A stretch of 63,873 bases of DNA, the filler included, from Octopus bimaculoides (Eukaryota), in NCBI RefSeq assembly GCF_001194135.2. It is 5 parts of 5 records of this genome, joined end to end, with 100 filler letters (N's around TTAATTAATTAA, not from the genome) between each part and the next. Parts side by side here need not be neighbours in the genome. Positions count along the whole stretch, not along the records: positions 31,778 to 53,922 come from NC_069003.1; positions 54,023 to 59,985 come from NC_069005.1; positions 60,086 to 63,873 come from NC_068998.1; 2 more parts are not named here. The stretch is one strand, 5' to 3'. The number at the start of each line of letters is the position of its first letter. The first letter of the stretch is position 1. Position numbers and translations under genes: made by a program. Below the pieces are notes generated by a model. The model was not told the origin of the DNA and ran no database searches. It saw only the letters and a program-made list of their open reading frames with translations. This document shows, piece by piece, positions 47,936-60,450 of the stretch.

Positions 47936-49974
47936 CCATTATCCATGATTTTGTAAAATTTTTACAATGATTCTATTCGCGAGATGATTAAATTTAAGAA
48001 TTTAATTCAAACCAAACCAGGGAGGGAAAAGACGTAAGTGACTGTTAGAATTTTTCATGAAAGAGAAACTGATTTGTCGCTAATAGTTTCAGTTTCGACT
48101 GATGGTTGTCTTATTATGGTGGACCAAAATGTTGGGTTTGTAAAGCAATTTGCAAAAACTATTGGTCATTCCCTCGTTTCTCCTTATTGTCTTCTACATC
48201 AGTACTTCTCAAACTGTGATGTGGCATACCAACAGTTTTTTTTCCCCAATGTGTCAGGGACCGGTAATATTTCTTAGTAATATTAATTTATACCAGAAAC
48301 AATATGTTGTTGTTGGCACTCCGTCGAGGGTTCCAGGAAATTTTGTGGAGATTTTTAGAATCTTTCGGGACTTTTTTCCTTTTACGATATCCTGGTTGTC
48401 ACTATCAGCAAAAGTTATCCTTGACCAAGTTATGTGGTTTATAATTGTATCACGTCCATCATTATCGCTCCCGGCATACCTACACAAACGTTCCCTCCCA
48501 CGGACTTTTTGTTTTCTCATAATTTTCAGGATATTTTTCGAGGAAATTTTCTCCAAATATCATTCAGATGGTGTAGGTTACAACTATATCGGAATTTGTC
48601 GTGAAAAACATATTTTGGAGCGCTGGGTAGGAGGAATTTCCGGATAATTGACACGAGTCGAATTTGTTTCTTCATGACTTTCAGAAAACAATGGGTATTT
48701 TTTAATGAAATTTTCCACAAATACTTTCCGGGTGGTGTACAGGAATTCAAAGGGGGTGGGGATGGTAGGCGTAAACACAAACATGCTGATACACACCACA
48801 TAATGTTTTAAAAATTCCAAGTTGATTTTGTAGAGATAAATGTGACACGTGTCTGNNNNNNNNNNNNNNNNNNNNNNNNNNNNNNNNNNNNNNNNNNNNN
48901 NNNNNNNNNNNNNNNNNNNNNNNNNNNNNNNNNNNNNNNNNNNNNNNNNNNNNNNNNNNNNNNNNNNNNNNNNNNNNNNNNNNNNNNNNNNNNNNNNNNN
49001 NNNNNNNNNNNNNNNNNNNNNNNNNNNNNNNNNNNNNNNNNNNNNNNNNNNNNNNNNNNNNNNNNNNNNNNNNNNNNNNNNNNNNNNNNNNNNNNNNNNN
49101 NNNNNNNNNNNNNNNNNNNNNNNNNNNNNNNNNNNNNNNNNNNNNNNNNNNNNNNNNNNNNNNNNNNNNNNNNNNNNNNNNNNNNNNNNNNNNNNNNNNN
49201 NNNNNNNNNNNNNNNNNNNNNNNNNNNNNNNNNNNNNNNNNNNNNNNNNNNNNNNNNNNNNNNNNNNNNNNNNNNNNNNNNNNNNNNNNNNNNNNNNNNN
49301 NNNNNNNNNNNNNNNNNNNNNNNNNNNNNNNNNNNNNNNNNNNNNNNNNNNNNNNNNNNNNNNNNNNNNNNNNNNNNNNNNNNNNNNNNNNNNNNNNNNN
49401 NNNNNNNNNNNNNNNNNNNNNNNNNNNNNNNNNNNNNNNNNNNNNNNNNNNNNNNNNNNNNNNNNNNNNNNNNNNNNNNNNNNNNNNNNNNNNNNNNNNN
49501 NNNNNNNNNNNNNNNNNNNNNNNNNNNNNNNNNNNNNTATATATATAGCTATTTGTTTGTTATGGCGCGAATACTAACAGAGGATACGAAGAGTGTGGGC
49601 GCGCGTGTGAGTAAAATAAAAATGAGCTGTGTTCGTGAAAGAATGTGAGAAAGAATCCGTGTGTATGAGTATAAGCTGGAGAGGGTTAAATTACAAATTG
49701 TCCATTGTAAATTTTACTAACCCATTAAACTTGTAATCAAATAAAAACATTCAACTTTCTTTTTTTTAAATTTAAACTTTTTTTAATTCTCACAATTCGT
49801 TTCTTCGTCATCAAAACAACTTTTCTCACAGCTTTGGAAAATACAATTAAAGAGAAAAAAAGGTGACAGAGCCTCTATCTGGTTATTCAGCCTGTTAAAA
49901 ATAGTAACCAAATTCACTCAATTCTCACCCTATTACCAGTATCGTTTTAAGGTGTCACTTGGGACTTTGGTCCG

Positions 49975-50250
49975 TTGTGAGCTCTATGACTCATAAAGCC
50001 GGAGCTTAACTTGGTTTCCATGGTGAATAAATGACCGAGATTACAACACTACTTCCACTGGATTGGATGCTATTCCATCGCAGGCTTAATTTCACAACTA
50101 TTACTGAAAGTCATTTACAATTGAGAAGACTGGAGCAACGTAAAAGGAAATGTTTTGTTCAAGAATACAATGCACTGCCATGTCCGGAAAGCAAAAACAC
50201 AATCTTAGGATCGTGAGTGTAGCACCCTAACCATTAGGCCACGGGCCTTA
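49975..50250 (-). mobile_element. SINE with a family C head and a V-SINE-like tail
   Basis: Reverse complement head AAGGCCCGTGGCCTAATGGTTAGGG and core TTACGTTGCTCCAGTC; tail AGCCTGCGATGGAATAGCATCCAATCCAG...GGAAACC..TAAGCTCCGG. Confidence 0.7.
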
Positions 50251-50478
50251 ATGCATTGCTTGAGTACATTCGAAAGTTGCCTGAGAATCCCAAGGGTTTA
50301 GGACCCCGAAACTAATCTATATATGCCGTGGTTTGCTGCCGAGAAATTAATATTCTAGGTTCCATTGTATTGCTTTGCTCTGTGGAGAGTGGGACGGGTT
50401 CTAACGCTGCTGTTAGGACGGTTCTGTTATCTTGAAAATACCAGAACGGACGGGCCTAACAATGTAGTTCCACTTTTC

Positions 50479-50810
50479 TATTATTCTTTTACTTGTTTCA
50501 GTCGGCCATGCTGGAGCACCGCCTTAATGGGTTTTAGTCGAAGAAACCGTCTCCAGGACTTATTCTTTTTAAGCCTGGTATTTATTCTATCCTTTTCTTT
50601 TGCCGAATCGCTAAGTTACGGGGTCGTAAACATCGCTTGTCAAGTGACGGTGGGGGAACACGGGCTTCTTTCAGTTTCCGTCTACTAAATCCACGCACAA
50701 GGCTTTGGTCGGCCCCAGGCTATAGTAGAAGACACTTGCCCGAGGTGTCACTGAACCTGGAACCCTGTGGTTGGGAAGCAAGTTTATTACGACACAGCCA
50801 CACCTGCGCC
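50479..50810 (-). mobile_element. SINE family A with small deletions
   Basis: Aligns to 61091-61517. Confidence 0.88.
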
Positions 50811-50973
50811 TATATACATATTGCTAAAAGAAACTAGACTGATTACCGATCTATTCGATTAGAACTGACCTGCATTAGCTTGCAGTTAGGGGATTTAAAA
50901 ATTGAAAGTAAATTGACCAGAAATGTTGACAGTGACCTTGTAGGACATTACTCGTGAACTCGTAAGAGACATA

Positions 50974-51600
50974 GGGGAAGACGGGACAAAATGGACTCCT
51001 TGTTGGAAAAGTTCGATATTTCCGTAAAAAATGCACACATCATAATGTAAACTGCTATGTGCATAGAGAATAGCCATTCACATGTTTCTGCGTAGTATGA
51101 TTAACTGGGGGGGGGGGACTTGTATAGATATGTGCAAAAGAAATTTTTATCAGACATGGTCCGGTTTGTCCCAGCACTGGGGCAAAAGGATCCAGATTGG
51201 ACCGTTTTGCCCCATAAGAATGTTTATTATATTCTGCCATATTCAAATACATACTTGGAATACATCTTTTATTTATAAAACAACTGAAAATGACATAAAT
51301 GAAAGTAAACTATGATCATGAGAAATACTGTTTCCTGGTCAGCAAGGTAGCTGATTAGGGGACATCAATTTCACAAATGAATGTAACGTCATCAGTTTCA
51401 ACCCCAGCACATTTTTTATGTGCCCATTCCATGCACAGCTGGCATTCAATCCAATTTTCTGTCGGGGGTTCTTGATAAAGTTCGTCACAGAAAATGCAAT
51501 GGAATTCCTTGTCTGTTGTTTTTGATGTGCAGACTGGTATCTTCTGCACACTTCAAGAGGTCTTGGGTTTGTGAGCATTTCTCCTTGCTGTTGGTTTTTT
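50974..51600 (-). mobile_element. pogo/Fot-like DNA transposon 3' end with a C-terminal PHD finger
   Basis: Minus frame KEFHCIFCDELYQEPPTENWIECQLCMEWAHKKCAGVETDDVTFICEID (C4HC3 with the last Cys lost). Terminus TA|GGGGAAGACGGGACAAAATGGAC at 50972-50996; subterminal GG(A/G)CAAA repeats at 51160-51215. Truncated by a SINE at 51601. Confidence 0.8.
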
Positions 51601-52145
51601 TCATGGTTCCGGGTTCAATCCCACTGCGTGAAATCTTGGGCAAGTGTCTTCTACTATAGCTTTGGGCTGATCAAAGCTTTGTGAGTGGATTTGGTAGGCG
51701 GAAACTGAAAGAAACCCGTCGTATGTATATATGTATGCATGTATGTATGTATGTATGTATGTATGTATGTATGTGTGCGTGTGTNNNNNNNNNNNNNNNN
51801 NNNNNNNNNNNNNNNNNNNNNNNNNNNNNNNNNNNNNNNNNNNNNNNNNNNNNNNNNNNNNNNNNNNNNNNNNNNNNNNNNNNNNNNNNNNNNNNNNNNN
51901 NNNNNNNNNNNNNNNNNNNNNNNNNNNNNNNNNNNNNNNNNNNNNNNNNNNNNNNNNNNNNNNNNNNNNNNNNNNNNNNNNNNNNNNNNNNNNNNNNNNN
52001 NNNNNNNNNNNNNNNNNNNNNNNNNNNNNNNNATAAGTACTAGGCTTAAAAAAAGGAATAAGTCTTGGGATCGATTACTTCGACTAACACCCTCCAAGGT
52101 GGTGCTATAGCATGGCCGCAGTCAAATGACTGAAAAAAATAAATG
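51601..52145 (+). mobile_element. SINE family A (middle in the gap)
   Basis: catggttccgggttcaatcccactgcgtg...gaaactgaaagaaacccgtcg (TATG)n [gap] taagtactaggctt...agcatggccgcagtcaaatgactgaaa. Confidence 0.88.
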
Positions 52146-52517
52146 AATAAAAGACTACATACATACATACATACATAAATACATACATACATACATATCC
52201 ATCTTCTGACTTGTCGGACAAGATTTAACAACAAACATGTCACCTCTTGACCGATCGATAAAAACAAACGAAGATAAGAAAAACGCAAATATAAAAAAAT
52301 ATAGAGAAAAAAAGCGCCACAACACACTCGGTTGTCATAGTAACAAAAATGGCGAATTTGTCAGTTGAACAGGTGAAAACGATCTCCTGTTTACCACCGG
52401 TAAGAACCGAAAACATCATTCTAAGAACGATATTAGTTGTTGCATCGTTCCGTTATTTGTTTAGTGTTCAGTGGTGTTACTTTTGAACCGTTTATACATT
52501 GTACAGTGATGTTATTA

Positions 52518-52728
52518 CTCGAGGTGGTGGTGAAAAGTTCCTGGCTTTGGGTAAAACAAAATACAAGAGGATCACTTAATTTTGATATTTTCCCCTCTCA
52601 GATTCACAAACTTATTGCAGCTTTCCTTCTGTTTTTTCTTAGTCCTGTAAAAGAAATCCGGAAGGTTGAGCCCCAACTCGGCCTTTTGCGCGTCACCCTT
52701 AAAGCCAGAAACTTTTCAGCACTCCTTG
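52518..52728 (-). mobile_element. second copy of the 46691 MITE, opposite orientation
   Basis: gaaaagttcctggctttgggtaaaacaaaatacaagaggatca...ctctcagattcaca...taaagccagaaacttttcagcactccttg|TA. Confidence 0.85.
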
Positions 52729-53966
52729 TATATGTATGTGTGTTTATACAATGTATGTATGAGACGGCGGCGGTGGTGGTTGTGTTTTGTCTCCTGGTCA
52801 GACCTTATGGAAGCTATTCCATAAGTGACCATCCAGTCTGTTTTTGTTGTTGTTAATATAATTGTTGTTGTTGTTTTAGAGACCTGGTGTAACTAGGTTT
52901 ACTTTGTCTACTTTTACTTTCAATTTTAATGGTGGTTGACAGTAATGTGACGGAGATTTGGTTGCTATTTTTAGCCGGTCGATCGAATACGTAGAGTTGA
53001 TATGCTGTGTATGTGTGTGTGTGTGTGTATGTGTATGTGTGTGTGTGTGTGTGTATGTGTGTGTATATGTTTGTATGTGTGTGAGCGTGTGCATGTGTGT
53101 GTGTACATATGTGTGTAAGATGTGCGTCTAAGATGTGCAAAATGCGTACACGAGCGTTTGCGTAAAATCCATGTGTGTGCCAGACGTATGTATGTGTGTG
53201 TGTATGCGTGTATGTGTGTATGTGTGTGTATGTGTATGTGTTTTCGTTCGCAGCCACTTTTCATACAACTTAATGAAGGAGCTTAGTTCCAGCTGTTAGA
53301 AACAATAGCCAAGTCTCTCTCGAATTATTTCTTTGAAAAAATTTACCTTAGATAATTTGGGTCTCAGTGTATGAATAAAAAAAAATGATACGTTAGTATG
53401 GGATGGCTTAGGGTGAACTGTTGATATACTCGATCATGTTTGGTCTGGAACTAAACAAGATTTTACGTCGTTAAAACCATTGAAAAACGCATGAACATCT
53501 TCTAATGTTATTTCTTGCCTCTTAACATTTCAAGCTTTGTGTGAAAGTAAAAACATTGATTTTTAACAACACGGCACATATGAAAGGAGCGCGGTCTCTC
53601 GGGTACGCAAGAAAAGTGCGTGGTCCTTCGGGTACGCGGGTCAGTCTCTCTGACACACCGGAGAAGAGTACGGCTCTTCTACACGTAGTCTCCTCATTGA
53701 TTAGTGAGCTGCTTTGGCCAGTCTCTTCTGCTGTTGTTGCGATAGATGTTGTGTTTTTAGTTGTGATATTGACTGTATTGCGGTTCTTATCTGTTTTTAC
53801 ACTTTACAATGAGCAGAAACTTTTCGTTGGTGTTACCACATATGTGGTACCTGAGTCTTCTTTATCCTATTTCTACAAATAGACGATGGCCGTTTGGAAG
53901 CTCAGTTGAATCGGAGATGTTTNNNNNNNNNNNNNNNNNNNNNNNNNNNNNNNNNNNNNNNNNNNN

Positions 53967-53978
53967 TTAATTAATTAA
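53967..53978. other. assembly spacer TTAATTAATTAA in a 100-bp join
   Basis: 44 N on each side. Confidence 0.95.
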
Positions 53979-54369
53979 NNNNNNNNNNNNNNNNNNNNNN
54001 NNNNNNNNNNNNNNNNNNNNNNTGTATGTATGTATGTGTGTGTGTGTGTATGTGTGTATGTATGTATGTGTATATGTATGTATGTATGTATGTGTGTATG
54101 TATGTATGTATGTATGTATGTATGTATGTATGTATGTGTGTGTATACTTATGCATACAGACACACGCATACACACATATATATTCTGTATGCATGAAGTC
54201 ACAGTATGATCAAATGATTAAGAAGTACATTCCACAATTATGACGTGCCGGTTTCGATTCCGCAGTGCATTGGGCAACATTTATTTTCTATAGCATCGGT
54301 CGACAGCAAGTGAAAGTGGGTGGGTGGAAACTGTAAAGAAGCCCGTTGGATTAATAATAGTGACAGTCT

Positions 54370-55790
54370 CATGTCTCATTGAAGGTGGTGTCTTACAATC
54401 ATTTTTAGACAGATACTGTTGAGTATGTGAGTTGTGTTGTTTACAATGGTATCGAACAATCGATATTTTCTATCAGAACTTCATAGACATCCTTATCTTC
54501 TTTTCTTGGATAGCAAAGGCGTTGTCTTGTAGGTGAGATGTGATATATTTATTGCAGATCCAGGAAAGGCTATCACTCCTGCCAAAGGTTTTTGGTATTA
54601 CCTGGCTTGTAGGAGATGTACCCATGAATAACTTTCTGCGGGTACAATAAGCATTTCTCCTTGAAGCCTCTGTTTAAATTAATCAGTCCAGTCGGATTTG
54701 GTTCACAAGGAATGGCTGTACACACAAAGTACCTGGTCAGGAATTGTCTGCCTCATCTCATGATGTTATTACATTTATTATTGAGGATACACGTGATGTA
54801 CTAATTTCTCTCTTTACTGTTCAGTAGGAGCTATCTAGGTGATACAATTCGGCACTCAAAGATCTAAACTGTGCTTATACACCCACCTCTATCTCTCCGT
54901 TTAACGTAGATCCTGTCTGTGTTACTTTGATGTAGAATTACCAGTCTCGTTGTTAGTATCCTTATAGTCCTGATAACCAAGTTGCAGATTTCTTCAAGTG
55001 TCTAGTCTGGTCTTCAAAATGTTGGTACTAGTACCAACATTGTAGGATATATTTTTCATGAATGTAGAAAAACCTGACTTCCACAGTTTCCGAAGTTTGC
55101 TGAAGAATTCTTTTATCTCTCTGGCTTTACTTACGGCACCAGCATATGCATTCTCGTCGATTCCGAGGTACCTGTAGCATTCATCACTGGTGACAGAAGA
55201 GACAGACGAGCCACTGATATCCATATTCCTTGCCTAGTCGATAATCTTGTCTCGTTTAACTACCAAATATGAAAACTTATTGTCACCAATATCCATTCTT
55301 GTGTCCAGAGAGAATGTTGAGACCAGTTGTAACTGATTCTTACTGATGTGAGTATCACTCGAGTACAGCTTAAAGTCACCAATAAAAATGGTGCGGATCA
55401 TATTAATTTTTCTTTCATCTGCAAATCTTACCACGAAGCCTATGCATTTTCTTAAAGGCCGACAAGCGTTACCGATATAATGTCACTCTGAAATAATCGC
55501 GTTGATAGTAACTCTATTTCCATAAGTGATAAATGTACGAGTGTGCGTCTTTAGCAAAAACACGTATACCTTGTTGTGTATAAGAGACAATGTGATTAAA
55601 CCAAATGTTTTAATTTCTACGGCTAGAAAAGATTGGTCTGATGTGTCAGTATTTATTACAACCTCCTCAGGGATCGTTTTTTCGTTAACGTTTCCAACGC
55701 TCTCATGCTTATACATAAAGGCACAGTATTTTAGTTCAGTCAAACTTCGTAAGCCGTGGGCCGCTAAAAGTTATTCTTTCTATATTGTTC
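54370..55790 (-). mobile_element. old R4/Dong-clade LINE relic (RT domain 3' half and downstream region)
   Basis: Minus frames give IFIGDFKLYS...QLQLVSTFSLDTRMDIGDNK (HLL.MDDLKLY RT motif), ECYRYLGIDEN...KEFFSKLRKLWKS, RDRGG, KVIHGYI and ITSHLQDNAFAIQEK. Confidence 0.8.
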
Positions 55791-55804
55791 ATGTTTATTT
55801 GCTG

Positions 55805-56137
55805 TGAAGGCGCGTGGCTTAGTGGTTACGGGATTCGGCTCGCGATCGTAAGGTCGTGAGTTTGATTTTAGGCGGCACGTTGCGTCCTTGAGCAAGACAA
55901 TTTATTCGACGTTGCTCTAGTCCACTCAGCTGGTAAACATGAGTCGTACCTGTAATACAAAGGGGGCCAGCCTTGTCTCATTCTGTGCCACGCTGAATCT
56001 CCCTGAGAACTACGTTAACGTAGAGTACACGTATCTGTGAAGTTCTCATCCACTTGCACGTTAATTTAACGAACAGGAAGTTCTGTTGATCGGATCAAAT
56101 GGAACAGTCATCGTCGTGACCGACAGAGAGCCAGTTT
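55805..56137 (+). mobile_element. tRNA-derived SINE family C, full length
   Basis: A box TGGCTTAGTGG, B-box-like GAGTTTGATT, core gtccttgagcaagaca...gttgctctagtccactcagctgg and tail gtcgtgaccgacagagagccagtt. Confidence 0.88.
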
Positions 56138-56189
56138 ACGTTTATATTCCATGATCATCTCCAAGTAAACTCCGTAATTAATTTTAAAT

Positions 56190-56648
56190 ATATGAGACAG
56201 CTGAAGGCCTGTTTGGCGACGTTCCTCATAAATAAGTTCATAAATTTTTCTCTACACCTTTCGCTGTTTTGCAAATGATTGGCTGCTCTGAACTTTTGTC
56301 AACTTGAACTGAACCATGACTGGCCTTGAAGAAGGACGTAACATATAAAAAGTTGAGTGTTTCCATAACAGTTTTGCTGAGCTTCATGCATAATTTGATG
56401 CAAGCAGGTTGCTCGAATTTCTTAGCCCCAGTAAAAATCGCGGAAACACTTGAATACAACACTTAAAAAGGAAAGTTGAACAAGTTAGCATGAAGTGTGC
56501 TGTAGACTGATTCTGTAGGCTGGCTATCAGTGGCTCACACATTTCCGTTGAATGATGCAATCACAGCATGCGTAGTCCGGACAGGCACAGCGCCATATAC
56601 ATAGATACAGAGTTAAACAAAGCTCTTTTACGATTCGGACATACCCAC
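56190..56648 (-). mobile_element. mariner (irritans-like) 5' fragment with internal deletions
   Basis: KKFEQPACIKLCMKLSKTVMETLN and RKIYELIYEERRQT; TIR-like GGGTATGTCCGAATCGTAAAAGAG at ~56620-56648. Confidence 0.65.
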
Positions 56649-56732
56649 CTGCTGCGTTCTTTCTGATGATAAAATTTAAACTAGAGGCCATTTTAGATTT
56701 CACCTCAGTATGTAGTGTGTGTGTGTGTGTGT

Positions 56733-56787
<55 letters not shown>

Positions 56788-57639
56788 CGTATGTATTATA
56801 TTTAGAAATTTATACGAATATTGTTGCTTATATTAATGATCTGTAATCTAATCTCCAACAAACATAATTTGTAATAAACGCATTATTTATTGTTTGCAAT
56901 TCTCGATTTTACTTTGTAGCTACATTATATCATAATTAGTAACTATTCTAGACATTTGTAGCATATATTAAATATTCATAATTCCATATATAGAAGCGTA
57001 TTTATATTTACATCGCGAGTAACGGTATTGTAAGAGAAACTCTCTACAAAACCACACTGATAACAAAACGAGCAGGAATTCCTCGATAATCTTAATTCTG
57101 CATTGCTATGGTTTAAAGAGGGAAGGGCTGTAACAATGGCCCTTCTCAGGGTATCTGAGAGTCTTTAACAGAAAGCGGAGGTGGAAGATATTGTCAAATA
57201 GGAGTCTTGGCTTGAATGCTTTCAACAGTGTGGTCTCGGCTAAAATCACTCAAGTGCTTGAGATTGGACCAAACCAGGCGACAGGTGAAGCGTATCAATC
57301 AAGAACATAGATTGCCTCCAGACTTGTAAGCGGTGTCCATCATACAGACAAATAGACAGGTCTGTCGTGAGCCCTTGGATTCATAAGGTCAGAGCTTACC
57401 CGGTTTCTGTGCCTAGTAAGTGACTGAAGTTATAACGGGATGCCGGATCGTTGCAGTAGATAAATAGACAGAGACATACAGGTAAGAAGATAAGCGGAGG
57501 AGTAGTTGAGTGGAGGTTTTATAAGAGTTGCCAACCTCGTGGGGTTCAGGCCAGTGCAGTAGTGCAAGAAAAGACTGAGAGGAGACATCACTCGCTGATA
57601 GTGAAATGTTGGGGTGTGTTTATACTAATCACACACATA

Positions 57640-57780
57640 TATACACACACACACATACTCGCAAGTAGTTTGTTTCTATCAAAGTTCCTCCACCAGGCAA
57701 TTGTAGAAGAGACTTGCCGTAGGTGCTGCAAAGTGAGATTGAACATGAAATCAAATGGATGCGAAATAAACTTCGTTTAA
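57640..57780 (-). mobile_element. very old SINE family A fragment
   Basis: aggcaattgtagaagagacttgccgtaggtgctgcaaagtgagattgaac. Confidence 0.5.
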
Positions 57781-58130
57781 TCCTAAACTATGATTGTGTC
57801 CTATATAACTAAATATAAAATACTAATTAACCTGCACACGGGGAACAAAACTTAGATATTTCTGTTTAGCATCCATTTCTTTTTACCTGAAACTGCAAAA
57901 AAAAAAAAATCTGTCCCCGTATTTCTAGTAAATCAATATTTAGTTATTTTGATACTTGTTCAGTTTCAGTGTATTGAATCAACCGGTATATAAAGGAATA
58001 TACTGCAAGAAGAGTAAGAAAACATCTCAAACACAACGAATTATTATGCAGAAAGTGTCCAATGATATAGGTCGCGCACTAAGCAACTATATCCAATCTT
58101 TTATCACAGGGCTCTGAAATGTATCATATT

Positions 58131-58198
<68 letters not shown>

Positions 58199-58797
58199 NN
58201 NNNNNNNNNNNNNNNNNNNNNNNNNNNNNNNNNNNNNNNNNNNNNNNNNNNNNNNNNNNNNNNNNNNNNNNNNNNNNNNNNNNNNNNNNNNNNNNNNNNN
58301 NNNNNNNNNNNNNNNNNNNNNNNNNNNNNNNNNNNNNNNNNNNNNNNNNNNNNNNNNNNNNNNNNNNNNNNNNNNNNNNNNNNNNNNNNNNNNNNNNNNN
58401 NNNNNNNNNNNNNNNNNNNNNNNNNNNNNNNNNNNNNNNNNNNNNNNNNNNNNNNNNNNNNNNNNNNNNNNNNNNNNNNNNNNNNNNNNNNNNNNNNNNN
58501 NNNNNNNNNNNNNNNNNNNNNNNNNNNNNNNNNNNNNNNNNNNNNNNNNNNNNNNNNNNNNNNNNNNNNNNNNNNNNNNNNNNNNNNNNNNNNNNNNNNN
58601 NNNNNNNNNNNNNNNNNNNNNNNNNNNNNNNNNNNNNNNNNNNNNNNNNNNNNNNNNNNNNNNNNNNNNNNNNNNNNNNNNNNNNNNNNNNNNNNNNNNN
58701 NNNNNNNNNNNNNNNNNNNNNNNNNNNNNNNNNNNNNNNNNNNNNNNNNNNNNNNNNNNNNNNNNNNNNNNNNNNNNNNATATATATACACACATTT

Positions 58798-58851
<54 letters not shown>

Positions 58852-59164
58852 TCATACATACATACGCACACACATATGCCAGCGATTTTCATTACCATAA
58901 TATCTCTTTGTCTTTTTCAGTAATGAACGGATGGTATATAAAGCGCTTTATCGTTTCAATATCATCCATATTAATATGGATGTAATGATGCTAATGACCG
59001 ATAATATCACCGATCCTCAATCCCTGTTGAGAAATTAAGATTGTATCATGTTTTGATAAATGTAATAATAACAGTTTAGATAGATATTGATATCTATAGA
59101 AATGTACTGCACTCGTATGTACGTACGTACGCATGTATGTATGTATGTATGTATGTAAGTATGT

Positions 59165-59505
59165 ATGTATGAGGCGTGTATATTTGTATGTATATTTGCT
59201 TGTATGCATGTTGTTTTATGCATACATATATACAATGTACATGTATATATATATATCCTCATATATCTATATCTATATGTAAGTATGTATGTATATATGT
59301 ATGTTTGTGTATATGTATATATATTTATGTATGTATGTATGTATGTATGAGGCATGTATATTTGTATGTATATATGCTTGTATGCATGTTGCTTTATACA
59401 TACATATATATAATGTATATGTATATATATCCTCATATATCTATATCTATATGTAAGTATGTATGTATGTATATATGTATGTATTTGTATATGTATATGT
59501 ATGTA
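59165..59505. repeat. two-copy ~180-bp tandem unit built from TATG-rich sequence
   Basis: The motifs gtatgaggc.tgtatatttgtatg and atcctcatatatctatatctatatgtaagtatg each occur twice, ~180 bp apart. Confidence 0.8.
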
Positions 59506-59508
59506 TAT

Positions 59509-59550
<42 letters not shown>

Positions 59551-60029
59551 CACACATACATAATACACACACATACATACATACATACATACATGCATAC
59601 ATACATACAATTGGCTGTGTTGTGAAGAAATGTTAACATGGTTTTATATCAATCTCACAAGCTATTTTGCCTTGTTGAATTTTCATCAGAGAGTGATTAC
59701 CCATCTTTTCTAATTGATTATTTTCGCATAGTTATTTAGCGTATACGAACTGGGACAGGGCTGAAGTGGTTTGCCCAATTTGCATAACACTGCTTGAGTT
59801 GAGAATGAAGATTATTCATATATATATATATATATATATAGATAGATAGATAGATAGATATTGATATCTATAGAAATGTACTGCACTCATATGTACGTAC
59901 GTACGCATGTATGTATGTATGTATGTATGTATGTATATATATATATATATATATATACATATATACATATATACATATATACATANNNNNNNNNNNNNNN
60001 NNNNNNNNNNNNNNNNNNNNNNNNNNNNN

Positions 60030-60041
60030 TTAATTAATTAA
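60030..60041. other. assembly spacer TTAATTAATTAA in a 100-bp join
   Basis: 44 N on each side. Confidence 0.95.
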
Positions 60042-60085
60042 NNNNNNNNNNNNNNNNNNNNNNNNNNNNNNNNNNNNNNNNNNNN

Positions 60086-60450
60086 AAGAAGAAGAAGAAG
60101 AAGAAGAAGAAGAAGAAGAAGAAGAAGAAGAAGAAGAAGAAGAAGAAGAAGAAGAAGGAGAAGAAGAAGAAGAAGAAGAAGAAGAAGAAGAAGAAGAAGA
60201 AGGAGAAGAAGAAGAAGAAGGAGAAGAAGAAGGAGAAGAAGAAGAAGAAGAAGAAGAAGAAGAAGAAGGAGAAGAAGAAGAAGAAGAAGAAGAAGAAGAA
60301 CGAAGAAGAAGAAGAAGAAGAAGAAGGAGAAGAAGGAGAAGAAGAAGAAGAAGAAGAAGAAGAAGAAGAAGAACAAGAACAAGAACAAGAAGAAGGAGGA
60401 GAAAAAGGAGAAGAAGAAGAAGAAGAAGAAGAAGAAGAACGAAGAAGAAG
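60086..60450. repeat. (GAA)n tract, ~365 bp
   Basis: Seen directly. Confidence 0.97.

Noticed and set aside
48254-48820. Several 80-165 aa ORFs in unique-looking sequence
   Set aside because: There are no recognisable domains and they overlap on both strands; the region looks like a non-coding repeat body.
50281-50320. CTGAGAATCC...GGACCCCGAAACTAATC hammerhead-like string
   Set aside because: It needs a deletion, an insertion and substitutions in the core, and there is no stem I.
55805-55880. tRNA genes at SINE heads (also 61440-61517 and 19919-20000)
   Set aside because: A and B boxes are present, but there is no complete cloverleaf and each continues into a multi-copy SINE body.
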